64,000 nt of DNA, from the IMG/VR virus record IMGVR_UViG_3300006805_000023; one strand, given 5' to 3'. Positions within the stretch are counted from its first letter, which is position 1. Each line of letters begins with the position of its first letter. The notes beneath the pieces are model-generated. The model ran no database searches. It had not been told where the DNA came from and was given only the letters and a program-made list of their open reading frames with translations. This DNA comes from a virus (Duplodnaviria; Caudoviricetes). Positions 63,707 through 64,000 of the stretch are shown one piece after another. The translations under genes were made by a program, and so were the position numbers.

Positions 63707-64000
63707 TAGGACGAGCTAGACGACGAAGAAGAGCTGTTGACCGACGAAGAGGACGAAGAGGACGAGGAGGAACTGTTGACCGAGCTGCTGGAGCTGGACG
63801 AACTGTTGCGCGACGAGGATGATGAAGAGGAACTGTTGACCGAGCTGCTGGAGCTGGACGAGCTGTTGACCGACGAGGATGAGGACGAGCTGGAGTTGGA
63901 AGAGTTGGACGAACGAGAGGACGCGGAGCTGGCTGAGGACTCCGAGGAATAAAGCTCTGCGATGCTATCGAGGTGTGGCACCGCGATGGCCCAGGCCGAC
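63706..64000 (-). CDS. 3' end of a gene truncated by the window edge, ending in an 80-aa poly-Ser tail
   Basis: frame is open to the window end (…SAWAIAVPHLDSIAELY) then Ser tract 63948-63709. Confidence 0.8.
   Translation of the reverse strand, partial: SAWAIAVPHLDSIAELYSSESSASSASSRSSNSSNSSSSSSSSVNSSSSSSSSVNSSSSSSSSRNSSSSSSSSVNSSSSSSSSSSSVNSSSSSSSSS

Noticed and set aside
1-64000. tRNA or rRNA genes, including an amber suppressor
   Set aside because: No cloverleaf-like sequence with T-loop GTTCRA and CCA end was recognised by eye in the intergenic gaps; a tRNAscan/ARAGORN run would be decisive.

Overview
64 kb segment of a large, GC-rich (roughly 60%), contractile-tailed (myovirus, loosely T4-superfamily/jumbo-like) bacteriophage genome; the host cannot be identified from this window. 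Virion genes (T4 gp20-like portal, tail sheath, gp19-like tube, gp25/gp53/gp26/hub-like baseplate parts, PAAR tip, tail fibres) are interleaved on both strands with replication, repair and nucleotide genes (family A DNA polymerase with an N-terminal UDG-like domain, primase, DinG-like and UvsW-like helicases, UvsY, Mre11/gp47-like nuclease, NAD-dependent ligase, NrdA/NrdB, MazG, HU-like protein) and transcription regulators (two sigma-like proteins, Mor-like domains). Mobile elements are three LAGLIDADG inteins (in a SWIM zinc finger, in NrdA, and in PolA) and a solo tnpB. Most notable: (1) long, codon-diversified poly-serine tracts punctuated by N-S-S, three as C-terminal tails (fibre, decoration-like protein, gene cut by the window edge) and a set of tracts in the baseplate wedge, with a 29-nt block shared between genes 50 kb apart, alongside a Maf/DUF115-type glycosyltransferase: a candidate virion surface-glycosylation system; (2) a single in-frame TAG inside the PolA intein right after its N-terminal splicing domain (split intein, read-through or error); (3) a conserved TANNTAT candidate late promoter 4-9 nt upstream of start codons; (4) a candidate +1/-2 frameshift at the end of the gp26-like gene. 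All functional calls come from motif recognition by eye; no database search was run.
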